64,000 nt of DNA from Tubulanus polymorphus (GCF_964204645.1 NC_134036.1:496001-560000), one strand, 5' to 3'; numbered from the stretch's first letter, positions 50,764 through 64,000 are shown. Notes: generated by a model from the sequence alone, not told the origin. A program made the numbers and translations.

Positions 50764-51240
50764 GTAAGTTTCCTATTGATTTTCTAAAATGCGGAGAGTC
50801 TGAATTTATATATGTTGACGAAGGAGCAAAGCTCAAACCCTAGCTTTGGAGGATAAAACCAGCAGTCGCAATAGGCCTATCAAAAAAGAGTGTTAGAGAT
50901 GGATGATATGCTATGCAACCCACCCAGCCAGTGCATCCCTCCCTCCTGTAGGTAAATACAGCACATGTCACAATATGATAGTGGATGGATAATACCGGTA
51001 TCTATTAGATACTGGTATCATCCATCAACTTTCATATGTGATAAGCCCCTGGCTGTCATCTGGTCACTATGCTAAACCAGGATACTTTGGGGTAAGTCAG
51101 TCATTGACACTTGACTCATTTACTGAGCTGACTTCCAGAGTCCCTGTGTCTTTAGAATATGACGACTAAAGATTTGACATTATTATTATTATTTGTGACG
51201 TGTAATTATTTTTTGCAGCTGATACGTGCAAGTTGCAGAA

Positions 51241-54200
51241 ATGAATGCGAGTATTAGTTTCGACAGTCCTGACGTTCAAAAAGAGTTCCCCGGTTTATAC
51301 ACATCATCGAGACCAGACGATCAGACTCATTGTAAGTATGGTCTATACTAGTCAGTAACTCAGTAACATGACTGTGGTTTAGTTTCACGATCGGATAGTT
51401 TCACAAACCACAAACCCATCCGATTATAAAAAGCTTACCACCAACGATTAGGTAACTAACTAGGTCTATACCTAACCCTGTCTCGTTTAGAGATCCCACT
51501 GTCAGAGAGTCCTATAGTCTAGTATCTAGCCGTTGTTCCCAGGGGAACTGGTACATCATCTGGTATTCGGACTAAGGACCTTATTGTGAAGTTACCCTAC
51601 ACTCTCTGACATGTACATCGGTACAGCGCTTGCTGGAAGCAAATCAGTAAAAGAGCTCTTATTCCTTAAGGCCTGTGTCCATGATACCACATTTTTTCAA
51701 TTTTTAGAAAATAGGAATGAAAATTCTAGGACTCGTGCCAATTCAATAAGTATTACATTTAGCCCCTTGTTAAGTGCCCCCAGGGCTCGGTTTCACAAAA
51801 AAGTTAAACTCAAATTTTTGGTGTAATTGCCACCATTGGTTACTTCATGTTTTCAATGAGGACAACAATTCAAACTTTGTTTGAAATTCTTTGAATTTCG
51901 ATTTAATTTGGTTGTTGTTCGTAGATGAAGAAAGCGAACCGGAGCGCGTGAAGAAAAAAGAACGCGACGGAAAGAAAAAAGAAAAGAAAGAGAAAAAAGA
52001 CAAAGGATACAAACAGTTTGAGGAGGAGAATTCGGACGATGAATTCACACCGGCCGTCGACGAAATCAAGTAAGTCCGAAAAATCGATTTAATTCTCCTC
52101 GACAAATTGCTTGAATTTCATGAAATGTTTATTTCCCGAATTATTTCTGTAAAATTTATTTCGTCAAAACTATTTCAATTTATTTCGTTTATTATTTGTG
52201 TTGTTTTTTTTTTTCGTGCAAAATTCATCAAAAACTAATATTTTCGTCTGTAGAAAATGTGAATCCCCATCTATAGCTACCCTATTCCACATGCCAGGGT
52301 AAGTGTTGTCGCTATGGAATCTGAGCTGTTACTGCTGCTGCTGCTGCTGCAGCTGCTGCTGCTGCTAAATGTCTCACAAATTTGCTTATCCGTTCGTTCA
52401 GTACATTAAAAGTTATCTCTCCCTTTATCAAGAAGGTGCTACGAATAATTCTGAAAATAATTGTCGAAATGATTTTTTTATCGCTTTTCGATATATCCTT
52501 ACATAATCAATAACTAAAGCTTCAGTAAAACTGACCCGCCCGTCCTCAGGTACCAGGGTATCTTTCATCAATTACAGTAAACCTCCACCTAAGGTCATTA
52601 TGGTTAGTTATTGTGATCGCTATATCAATGACTTATCCGAATGATGACTTACAGTAAGTCGTTTACCGGTAAATTTGATTGTATTTCGAATTTTTTAAAC
52701 GCTACAGTTATATTTAGTATATGAAACTCATTTTCACCCGGTGTCTTTGCTTTATTCGCTCCTGTGTCTCTCACCAGCGGCTAATGTGAAATATGTTATC
52801 AATTACGAATGTTTTGATCTCACTCAACGTTTAAAGAAAGATGTCCTAAATATTTCACCGGTGTATTTTATTTCATGTTAGCTTCACAATATTTATGTTT
52901 TTTCCGCGTCGATTTCCTCCCCTAATCATTATCTCTACGTCTATGATACTGTCATTAACCGACGAGAATTAAGAGAAATTTCATCTGAGCTCAATCAAAT
53001 ATCCCGGTCTCTGTGAGGCATCCGGTAAGCCACAAACCCCTCAGAAATGTGGAGAGATCACAATGACAAGTGCCCAGGAATGACTGGTTTGGATGGTCAA
53101 ACCCCTAATCAGGCTATCTTTGTACAATTAATTCTTTAGTTGAGTTCATCGAAAAGTTGAAGGTTCTCATAATTCATTTTTGCTCTGTTTGCATAACCTC
53201 GCCTGGAATCTGAGCGATATTTGATGACTGTATTTTCAGGAGTCCTCTGCGTTCGAAAAAGCACGGAAAACCAAGTTTCAAATTCGCGAAACCCGAAAAA
53301 TTCCAAGGCATCATGATCAAGAAGAAAGAGAAAGATCCGGAGAAGAAAGAACGCAAGAAAGATGGCGCCGGTAGTAATAATACAGGTGGCAGCAGCGGAG
53401 GAGGGGTCGGGATGAAACGATTGAAGAAGAAAAAACCAGCGACAGATTTAAATTGTAATTAACCAATCGAATCGATCGATTCAAATTAGTTATAACCGAT
53501 TAACCAGTATTTCGAATGTTTGTATATTTACAGCCAACGATTACAAACCGATATTCGGAGTCGCGTTGACGGTCGCCGTGGCAAGAAGCAGGTCACATGA
53601 CGGGATAATGTTACCGGCGATATTTCGAGAATGTATAGATTATATCGAAGAGCACGGTTAGTCTGACGCAATATCCTCTGTTAACTAAATATTTGAAATC
53701 AAGACCTTTGATGTAATACTGTAATAGGGTGGCGCCACTTACCACAATATCAGGGTATTTCTTTCCTTCAAGAAAGTGAGATTAGTCCCATGGAAACATC
53801 TTGGAGTCTACTGTATTTTTTGGGATAAATGAAATCAATTGGCGTCTGTATCTGTCTGTCTGTCTCTGTGCGTCTGTTTTTGTGCATCTGTATCTGTGCG
53901 TCTGTCTCCGTCTGTCTGTCTCTGTGCGTCTGTTTTTGTGCATCTGTATCTGTCCGTCTGTCTCCGTCCATCTGCTGAATATTTTCCGTTTTTTTTTCCA
54001 CACAGGTTTATCATGCGAAGGAATCTATCGAATATCGGGCGTAAAATCGAAGATACAATCGTTGAAAGATAGCTACAATAGAGGGCGCCCGGTGTTTCTG
54101 TACGAACACGAACCGAACATCGTCGCTAGTTTGTTAAAACTGTTTCTACGGGAACTACCAGAACCGGTACTCACCACTCAACTAATGCCGAAATTCGAAG

Positions 54201-57200
54201 AAGCTTCCAGTCAGTAAAACAATAATTTCTTCTAGATTTATTTCACAGAGTTCTAGAGAATTATTTTTATCTAGAGAATGTTTATTTGAATGTTTCTCAT
54301 TTTAAACAGCGATAAAAGATGTTCGTAAGAAAGTTGACGGGTTTAAACAGTTAATTACGGAATTACCGGAACCGAATCGTCTGCTTGTGTCGTGGATGAT
54401 CGTTCATATGACTCGTATTATACAGAGAGTAAGTTTATCATCACTCCCGATTATCACTAGGTTGCAATATCAAGACTTCAGATTAAAGACCATCATATTT
54501 TGATAGCCTATCCAACAACTGAAGGCTAATCTTAAGATTTCAGATAAAAATTTAGACTCGAGTCACAACTATGCTATTGAGCCTGGACTTGAAAAGTTGG
54601 TCTTAATTCAAAGATGATCTAAAATTGTTAGATTGGCTATAGAACCAAAATGAGCTTATACTGGTCTTAAGTTGTTAGATTGGTTATAGAACCAAAATGA
54701 GCTTAGACTGGTCTTAAGTTGTTAGATTGGTTATAGAACCAAAATGAGCTTAGATTTGTCATAAGTTGTTAGATTGACCATAGAAATAAAATGAGATTAG
54801 ACTGGTCTTTAGTGGCTAGATTGGTTATAGAACTAAGATGAGCTTAGACTGGTCTTGACTTCCCAACCCTGGATCTTGTTTTAATTCGATGAATGATTTT
54901 TTGTTTTCACAGGAGAAGGAGAATAAGATGAGTTTACAGAACGTATCGATCGTACTGAGTCCGACGATGCAGATTTCACATCGCGTTCTAAACGTCTTTT
55001 TCTCGTTCAATAAAGAATTATTCGCCGACACCGAAATCAAGAGGTCAGAAAACAATCATTAATCCTCTATAGATATTGAATACTTTAGAAACGAAATCAT
55101 CACAATCATTCATAAGAACTACTGGACCCGGTTCCACAGTTTTGGGTGAAGATTTGACTCTGAGTTGACTTATTGAAAATGAACTAATTTCAACTCCAAC
55201 TCTCGCCCAGAACTGTGGAAGCAGGGTCCTCATACATTTGCAATGATTATACGAATAACTACTCTGGATATGTGTGGAAAGTACGGTATTAGGCAAATCA
55301 GCTAAGTAGACAATACCTAAGTAGATGATAGTCTTAGACTGTAATAAGATCTTAGTCGGATGACCATAATTTTCAAGACATTTCATAGTAACTGATTACA
55401 TTAATTGGGTTATACTCCATGCTGTTTTTAGTCGATATTGGATAGAAGCAACTTGAAATATTCTGCCCAAAATGTCAGAATTATATGTATATAATTGTTC
55501 TGGTGATTGTGGGATTTTGCTCCGTACTGTTTTTAGTCTCTCGTACAATCTCAGTCTAGATAACTGACAGTATTGTTGTACTCTTCGCTATAGATACGTG
55601 CCGCCGTTGAAGCCGGCGACGTCGAGATGGTCGCTGGAATTACCGGACGCTCCGAACGCGATCGAGGAAGAACTACACAAACAGGAATCGCTACTGAATC
55701 AACTTCACAACGAAATGAGCGCCGGCAACGACGATTCGGAGATTCAGGAACAACTTTGGGAGGTCCAACGCGTCGTTACTCAACTTAAACGAAAGGTATC
55801 GTTATCTATTGTTTCTCCAGTTTCATTGAGGAATGTCGGGGAGGTCAATTTCACGAAACAGGGGGCGCTGCAGTTGCTGAAAAGTTGTTTAAAGTTAACC
55901 TGTGGATAGTTGACATAGTGACAATTAAAAGATCACAAATCAAACACATGAAGCCATTAGGATCTAGTCTATCATAGACACCTATACTGCAAGGTCGGGA
56001 AGGGGTGGTGAATTTTGAGTCCGTTGCTCAAAATGTGGTTACAGTTAACCAGTGGATAGTTGATTAAATGACAATAAAAAGTTCATTGTTACTATGGTAT
56101 TTATCCGCTGGTTATCTTTAACCAACTTTTCAGCAACGGTCCGCTGGTCTGCTAATACCAATTCTCATTTTCGATGAACTAATTAATTGACACTAAACCG
56201 AATAACTTGGCTCTCATGTGACTGTTGATGTCTATTTCTAGTTGAAATTAGCGAGAAAAGCTCAACAGCAAGCGTCGGTGAAACCGTCCCTGGCAACTGT
56301 GCCGTCGGACGGCGAAGATATCGTGTTGAATCTAGAACTACAAACTCCGAAAACCGACCAGGGTCCGTCTGTCGTCGCTACGGAAACGAAGAAAGAAAAA
56401 CCGAAAGAGGAAACAGCGGTTGAAGAACCCGAGAAGAAAGAGACGGTGGAAAAAGAGTTGGATGTTAAAAAAGAAGTGGAGATAATTAAAGAAGTGGAGG
56501 TCGTTAAAGAGGAAACTGTGGAACCGACAAAACAGACGGCGGAAGTTGTTGTCGTAGAAACTGAGGATGTTGTCGAAGAAAACAAAGTTGAAGTTGCTGC
56601 AGTTGAAGAAGAGAAGCCAAAAATAGCGGTAGAAAATCAGGAGAAACAAGACGTAAAAGTGGAGGAATCTCAGAAGATCGCCGTCGAGGAGGAAACTGAG
56701 GAAACTGAGGAGAAACAGGAATCAGTTCCTCGCGTAGAAGAGACCTGTGAAAGTAGCGATACGAAGAAACCTCAGCAGGAAATCGGTAAACATTCTTACA
56801 ATGAAATTCTCCAGATTTATCAAATGATTTATATCGGATTGTTTTTCGAAGATGCTTTCGAATTTTGTCGTTAAAGTTGAACAGGTTGAAATAACAACAG
56901 AAGTAGAACCGGCTGAAGAAACAGAAGAAGTTATCGATACGAATCAGAATCAGAGAATCGACGAAAATGAAAAACCAGACTTTTCTAAAGAGGAAGATGA
57001 AGAGTTGAAAGAGCTAGAACAACCCGAGGCTAGGAGTACTCCCGTTCAGGAGGAAATACCGCCTGTAGCGCCACCTAGAGTCTTACCAGCAGACGGAGGC
57101 GGCGAGGTGACTCCGCCTCCCTTACCTCCTCCGTCACATCCACCTCCGCAGCCGGTAACGCCCCCTCAAACGCTGGCCATCCAATCAACGACATCCGCGA

Positions 57201-59583
57201 AGAAGATCGTCGCGCCCGGGTTACAGTCTCCGCTTAAACCGGAAATACTCCACAGGAATAAAGTGAAAAATCTTAAATCACAAAGGTTTGTAAATCCTTC
57301 CATCACAGACAGGTTTCTATTGGTCTGTACCGATTCTGGAATTCCTTCCAGAATATGCTCTTCCTATACCATAATCTCGAAACCTGATAGAAGCGACCGG
57401 TAGAGAGTTCGTAATCTGTAAACCTGATAGAAGCGACCGGTAGAGAGTTCGTAATCTGTAAACCTGATAAAAGCGGCCGGTAGAGAGTTCGTAATCTGTA
57501 AACCTGATAGAAGCGGCCGGTAGAGAGTTCGTAATCTGTAAACCTGATAGAAGCGACCGGTAGAGAGTTCGTAATCTGTAAACCTGATAAAAGCGGCCGG
57601 TAGAGAGTTCGTAATCTGTAAACCTGATAGAAGCGGCCGGTAGAGAGTTCGTAATCTGTAAACCTGATAAAAGCGGCCTGTAGAGAGTTTGTAATCTGTA
57701 AACCCGATAGAAGCGGCCGGTAGAGAGTTCGTAATCTGTAAACCTGATAAAAGCGGCCTGTAGAGAGTTTGTAATCTGTAAACCTGATAGAAGCGGCCGG
57801 TAGAGAGTTTGTAATCTGTTAACCTGATAGAAGCGGCCGGTAGAGAGTTTGTAATCTGTAAACCCGATAGAAGCGGCCGGTAGAGAGTTTGTAATCTGTA
57901 AACCTGATAGAAGCGGCCGGTAGAGAGTTCGTAATCTGTAAACCTGATAGAAGCGGCCGGTAGAGAGTTCGTAATCTGTAAACCTGATAGAAGCGGCCGG
58001 TAGAGAGTTCGTAATCTGTAAACCTGATAGAAGCGGCCGGTAGAGAGTTCGTAATCTGTAAACCTGATAGAAGCGGCCGGTAGAGAGTTCGTAATCTGTA
58101 AACCTGATAGAAGCAACCAGTTGAGAATATGTAATTTGGAATTGATGTGTTCAATCAAAATCTGCTGAATATTGTTGCTTTAACCTCAGAGTGTTGATTC
58201 TTGTTTCTTATCTCGTCTTGCAGATTGAAATATCAGCACAATATTGACGAAGAGGAGGAAATGAGCGGTGATGAGGAGAGCGAAGATAGTTACGAGACCG
58301 ATCGAGATATCAGCGTTGAACATGAGAATATCGGTGAGTGTGTATAGATGATATATCTGATATTTTATATGATCATTCACATGAGTTCATATATTGCCTG
58401 TTGATCGGATTTTGGCATATTTTCAAATCCACTGACTTCATTTGAATCACCATTCTCTTTGTTGACTGAATCATTTGTTCTTCGATTGCCAGTTGTAATT
58501 AAACTTTGTTGTATTTTGTCGGCTCGTGGAGCTCTGTGTACTGCTAAAAGCTCACATGAACCACCGAGGGGTTTATTCACTTCCAATTCTTTCTCCCGGT
58601 CCACTACTGCCTTTGCTACGAGAATTATAATATGGTTTGATATTTAAATTTCTAGAACGAGATATCGATTTAACGCAACAACGTTACGAAGAAGTACAGG
58701 ACGAAGAAATGAGAGTTTTACTATTGAAGGATATGACTCTCAAACTTGAGGAAGAGGAACTGCTCGCTATTAGTAAGTTTAAAAAGAAAATCTTAATTTT
58801 TGTCGGACTCTTTGCAACTTGAAAATGATATTCTATTTTCAGGAGATGAGTTGAAGAAAAAGATCGAAACGGAACGAGACGAATTCGAACAAGTCGCTAT
58901 GGAGATCGCTGAGTTGCGTAGTATCCGTGGCGACTCGTTCGACGCAGACGACTGGACGAGTTCGGATAGTTCTTACGAGAGCGACGACGAGGAAGAACTA
59001 CAGGATATACTCGAAAATCTCATCAAAGAAAACCAACAATTAGAGGTGAATATATTCACTCCTGACAATCAGGATTATCTTTAACCAACTTTTAAACAAC
59101 TGCAGCCCCTGCCGGTTATCTTTAACTACCCTTTGAGCAACTGCAGCCCCTACTAGTTATCTTTAACCAACATTGAGCAACTGCAGCCCCTGAAGTGCAG
59201 AATAGATAATAAGACTCCACTGGTACCGGTAATCTATTCTCTATTGGGTAATACATTCAAACTGGTTGAATAATAAAACAATTTTCTATCCCCAATGTCA
59301 AAAAATCCTAAAATCTATACCAGTATTTGTCTTTACCGGTTTAAAGCTATAAAAAATGTGCCTTTCAATTTATCAGCTATTCAATCTGACCCTAGGGGGC
59401 GTTATTGTGTTTATAGATATCTGAATGTTTTCGTTTGAATTTTTTTCACGATAGAAACTGAATTCGGAATTGTGTCAGAGAATCCACGAGGAACGTCAGG
59501 CGTGTTTGACGTCGAAAGTCCAAATTCGCTTGATTCAGACCCAAACGGAGAAGTACGGAACCGGTTCGGCGAGTCTCCTGTAG
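51241..59583 (+). CDS. RALBP1: RalA-binding protein 1 (RLIP76): RhoGAP domain, Ral-binding coiled coil and long acidic/Pro-rich insert (about 913 aa)
   Basis: [15 protein letters not shown], lysine-rich [39 protein letters not shown], arginine finger [56 protein letters not shown]. Exons 51241-51331,51925-52069,53240-53454,53534-53656,54006-54209,54310-54428,54913-55043,55594-55795,56242-56785,56877-57285,58224-58333,58656-58772,58843-59045,59455-59583. Confidence 0.93.
52254..52298 (+). CDS. RALBP1: Candidate 45-nt RALBP1 cassette exon ([15 protein letters not shown])
   Basis: ttttcgtctgtag|AAAATG...GCCAGG|gtaagt; phase 2/2 matches flanking exons; (CTG)n run just downstream. Confidence 0.6.
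54620..54857. repeat. 47-bp tandem repeat x5 derived from the interior of MITE family A
   Basis: gttgttagattgg(c/t)tatagaaccaaaatgagcttagactggtcttaa matches the core of 5507-5644 and 41141-41278. Confidence 0.8.
57380..58118. repeat. 40-bp tandem satellite (about 18 copies) in a RALBP1 intron
   Basis: Unit aacctgatagaagcggccggtagagagttcgtaatctgta; source of the spurious ORFs at 57364-58158. Confidence 0.97.
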
Positions 59584-60259
59584 AGGGCGCAGCACTCTGT
59601 GCACTAGAGGATCTAATCAATCTGATTGGTGAAGAGATCAATGTTTCTTTGTCTCTGAAAATATGTGTTATTTAGTTAAATGAATATATGTGCATTTTAC
59701 CAAAAAAATTAGATTTTTTGGCGATTGTGAAAATCTATATTGTATTGCTGTGTATTTTCCAAGAATATGTGGAAAGTTTAGGCTACGAAAATGAATGGAT
59801 TTGAGTTAAATTTGAATGGAAATTGTTGTTATATTCCCCAGGCCTATACTACTCTCCCTTATTTCAAAACTCAATGTAATGTAATGTGTAATTAATTATT
59901 GTATCTTAAGTGTAAATGTTTTATATAAAGATTACATGTAAATAATAATCGCAAAATATGAATAAAAATGTGTAAACGCTTCCAAATGTTTTGTATATAG
60001 TTATTTCGTAAAAGGTTTAGTAGTCGGAATGAATAGGCTCCACTGAGGTAATTTTGAGGCGCCCCAAATATTGGAATATCTGAACCACTATTGCGGGACA
60101 ACGAATGCCTGTAAAAATACAAAACCTATAATTTCTGACTTCATTAATTATTCTGGTAATTAATGCATTAAAGTTTTCAATGTAACTAATTAATAAGTGC
60201 GCCGGATCAATTAAGCCCGCACCTCACTTGCCTAAGGAATTGTTGGTAAAATGTGCTAT

Positions 60260-60581
60260 TTAGTGCTGCCATCTAGCAGCGATAAAGTTTTCCTTCAAAA
60301 TCAACCTTGTTAATGAACGCAAAAGTCGAATTTCAGTATGATTAAATAGAATATCTTATTTTCGAACGGATTCACTTGGAATATGCGGGGAATGGTGGAA
60401 TAGATTGATCGGAGCCGTTCTAAGCCGCGCGCGCACTGAGGCCAGGACGGTGCTGCCATCTACTCGCACTAGCTAATAGACCATTGCGCATGCGCTGAGC
60501 GGAGCATTTGAAATAGACGTAGAAACACTCGCGTCGCGATCAGTCGTAAATAAACCTTCAAAAAACACATCCACCAACGAT
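60260..60581 (+). promoter_or_regulatory. Promoter of the downstream gene, with an NRF1 palindrome and CTCF-like motifs
   Basis: TGCGCATGCGC at 60485-60495; TGCTGCCATCTAGCAG (~60265) and TGCTGCCATCTACTCG (~60451); CpG-rich; donor GAT|gtaagt at 60581/60582. Confidence 0.5.
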
Positions 60582-60818
60582 GTAAGTCGAAACGGACTTC
60601 GTTTTATTCATTTTCAGGATTAGCGGATTAACGTGGCGGATTATCGGATTAATGGCGCGTCCAGAAAGCGATGCATTTAACGTTTGAAACGATAGTAAAC
60701 ATTGATCTCATTCATTGTGTGTTCGTACACAGAAAATGGCCGATTTTTGAATGAAATTTTGACATATTTAAATCGAATAAAACTGTACGCGATTTGATAA
60801 GAACTGAAGAGCAGACGG

Positions 60819-61165
60819 ATGCAGCAGAAACCGAGTGTTGATTTCGGAGGCGGCGGGATGGAAGCGGTAGCTCCGATCAGCGTGGTAACGAGGGATCTCG
60901 TAGGGTCCGGTTGTAAGACGGAACCGATGGACCTGGCGGCTTCGCATCATCAACTGAATCAGGGTTCGACTACCGATCTGACCGGTTTGAGTTCGGTGGA
61001 AAGTCATCACGAACCCGATTCGAATTACGCGCAGATGGCGCCGACGTCGCCGGGCGTTCAGTCCGAACACGGATCGGAAAAATCTACGGCGGCGGGGACC
61101 GGGACGACGGCAGGTCACAGTACGAGAGTTGATCGTATCAGGGATGGACTCGAAAATGCTATTGA
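60819..61165 (+). CDS. First coding exon of an unidentified gene, 3'-partial
   Basis: ATG-initiated, CpG-rich ORF with codon style like neighbouring exons; ends at donor ATTGA|gtaagt; contains CKTE (SUMO-like) and PMDLA (CtBP-like) motifs; no later exon recognised in the window. Confidence 0.7.
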
Positions 61166-64000
61166 GTAAGTTTTAGATTCTTTTCATTCTAAAATAACTT
61201 CTTTTTCAGTGAATAGCTGAATATATCTGACAAGGAATCCAAGATTTACGATGACCTTATTTTGTAGGATTCAATATTTCCCATCATTGTTGTCAGTTTT
61301 AGGGGAAGCCAAAACAGACGATATTCCTCAACTGTTTTTATTGCATTTTCCTGAGTTTATTTTACATTTTATTCTACAAAATGACAGTAGTTTTTATTGT
61401 AGTTTTCATAGGAATTGCCAGGTATCAGATATAGACACTTCTTGTTAAATTAGTCTAGCCATTAGTCAAAGTATGCCTCTGATTACACAGGCCCTTCTTC
61501 CTATTGTCACATTGTCTTTGGTCTTAATTTGTAAATGTTCATCCTTCTTTGTTTCTCCAGACAAAAACTCTCACCCCTAAACCACTGAAGCACTTAGGAC
61601 CTAAAAACTGTCTTATTGTCCATGATTGTAATTAGATCTTTGATTTATGACAAACAAGCCCTCAGCAGTGCACTAGGCCTCTATTGTACCACAGTAATTA
61701 GCGGTCCATTCATTTTATAGTTTGATTGTTCCCTAATTGTCCAGGTTTATTAATTATACCCAAGGCTGAACCCTTCAACTAATTTATTGATATCAATAAG
61801 TTGGCTAAATATTTCTATGATTGAAGTGGTGCTATTATCTACGAACCCTAACTCTTTATTTCACTGATTACATCCACTTTATCAGTTTGGCCAATTAAGC
61901 AAATTCTCGAATTAAGAAAAAGCAAAAATTATGATTGGTTTTAGCATTAATCCTAATAATCCCACTTGAATCAAGTTTGGCTAAAGATAGATTTTGTTAA
62001 ACATTAATATACAATGAAAGCCTGCTATAGCGTTCTGCTTGCGCGTTTGGCTAATAGATTTTAAAAGGTTTTTGTTTATTTTACCGGTCAATGTTTGGGC
62101 TATGTTCATTTGAGTCTGGTCTATGTATAGGGGACCTGATTATGGATTGTGCACCAGCAGACCCTATAGGCCTAATACATTCACCTCTACAACAATCTGA
62201 ATTCAATCCAGAATATCTGTGATAACGATTCAACTCTGATAAAATATTGCGTCATTATTGAATCGTATATCGATTTGTATTGGGTCCGCTGTGTCTAGGG
62301 TGGAGGGGGAGGGCAGGAAAGTTTGATTTCCTAAAAAGATAGAAATGTCGGTTTGATTTTTAAGAATGGTTTGATAGATAGCGAGTTAGACTTGTATTTG
62401 TACAGCTGTCCCTGAACTATGTGACCTGAGGGAAAGAACCAGTCAGGGACCGGTACACTCCGTGGTGTAACATATGGTCGGCTTGTTGTATTATTTTGAG
62501 TATTTCTCGGGGTGTATTAGACCCAGCTCTATGTCGTGTACATTACGCTTACATTGTCGGAAATATAGAAACTGCACTTGAGGATTGACAATTAAAATTG
62601 AAATGTTTTCCTGAGTTTATGATGCTACAATTTTTCGATTTTATCCTTAATTTCTTCATGATTATCGTTGCAAGGATTCATAGTGTGTTTTAATCAATTG
62701 TTAGTTAGCGGAATATTTTTCATGGATATAGAATTTTTTAAGCTTTTTTGGTTACGTTTTGTGGTAATTTCATTTCGGTCTGGCTACACGTCTTAGATGG
62801 TGTAGAAGTTTGTAGTATATACTTGAGATGCCTCGTCGACTAAACTTTATTATCCATCCTCCAAAAGTCTTAAGATTCTGTGCAATGGTATCTCGATATC
62901 TAGATGTGATGTACCTTTTCAACTTGACTGTTAATGGATAAAAAGTAATTTGAATTCAATCTGTGACTCATTTCCGTTTTAATCTCGTGCTTTGTCTCTC
63001 CTCCGGGCGGAGTAAGTTGAGTGTGCTGGAGTCTGGTGTAGGGTTTTAAAGTACTCCATGTTGTTTTATGTGAAGTTGTGTAAAGGTCATCGAGTTATTT
63101 ATATATCGAATTCAACTTTGTTTATTGGTAATGAACCTGTGCTGTTTATGAAAACATAAGCGGAAGGCACGCGCGAGCCTACTGCACTGCGCGTTCACTT
63201 ACTAGACTCTCTGGGGGTCAGATGAACTTTCTAGCAAGTCTTGGATATCTCGGCGCTTTGTTTGACGTTAACTCAGGATATCATAAATTCACCGCGGCGC
63301 GGTTCTCGCTGTTAATGAGATCTCACTATTTTATGTTCGTAAAAACAGGTCAGTTAAAATGTGAAATCGGCTTTTTTTGAAAAAATACAAAGATGGATTT
63401 AAGACATTTGAGTGACGTCTATAAACCGGACTGGACCGTGCGGTCATTGACTCTGGACCATGTGAGAGAGAGGTCATTGAGTGACCAGCTGACTTAAATA
63501 TGGATTTCTATGAGATATTGTGTTGCTCTGTTTAGTTGATAAAAAGCTTTGATAGGTCATCGCACCTGTAGGGGGGGTCAGCGCACCTGTACGTTCGGTC
63601 GCTGCGCATCAATAACAGGTGGTTTATTATACGCATCCAAACCTGTTGTTTAGAGGAATTTAAAAATGTCGTCCGTCTCTCCGCGCACACTGACTCAGTC
63701 GAGCAGTGGCGTCTATAATGAAATCTCGGTCATGGCATATATTACGCTGAACGACCCTGGATTATAGTTTGAAAGGCGCGCAATGTTTGAAATTCATGTT
63801 TTCGAGTGAAGAGATTCTCGTCGATCTTGTTGTTTATAATGAATGCGTCGCGGACGAATTTTTGAAATCGCACGGGAAAAATGGTCGATTTTTTTCGTCG
63901 GTTTGAAACGACAGGTTGTATTGTGCGTTACACAATGTTGCTTCTCTCTTGTGTCAAGTGCTGCTCTTTCTCCTCTCTTCTCCTCTCTCTCTTCTCTCTC

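Noticed and set aside
53768-54072. Overlapping ORFs in a RALBP1 intron
   Set aside because: Derived from a (TCTG/TGTC)-like simple repeat; only 54006-54209 is the real RhoGAP exon
57364-58158. 264-aa minus-strand ORF, or a CRISPR-like 40-bp array
   Set aside because: Head-to-tail 40-bp satellite without spacers, inside a RALBP1 intron

Overview
AT-rich, intron-rich eukaryotic DNA from an invertebrate animal (species not determinable here). All exon coordinates below were read manually from GT/AG boundaries and checked for frame consistency. Genes in order: 3' ~90% of talin (+, <1-29524, 40 constitutive exons in the window); ISOC2-like isochorismatase (-); LHFPL2-like tetraspan (+); a small 4-exon CD225/dispanin (IFITM/PRRT-type) gene on the - strand that the ORF track misses completely (36808-38014); CPT1-like carnitine palmitoyltransferase (-); RALBP1/RLIP76 (+); and the first coding exon of an unidentified gene (+, 60819). 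Main observations: (1) each long, non-satellite talin intron contains a short, phase-matched, frame-preserving candidate cassette or microexon (9, 15, 27, 45, 48, 48, 87, 96, 39 nt), often near TGCATG, YCAY or ACTAAC motifs, suggesting an unannotated alternative-splicing programme acting on talin rod loops; (2) the hidden dispanin gene; (3) several PIF/Harbinger-like MITE families with CWG or TWA target duplications, including a nested stack where a piggyBac-type TTAA element sits in a Harbinger-like MITE; (4) intronic satellites, some with hairpins, higher-order structure or CTCF-like motifs. There is no CRISPR array or prokaryotic system.
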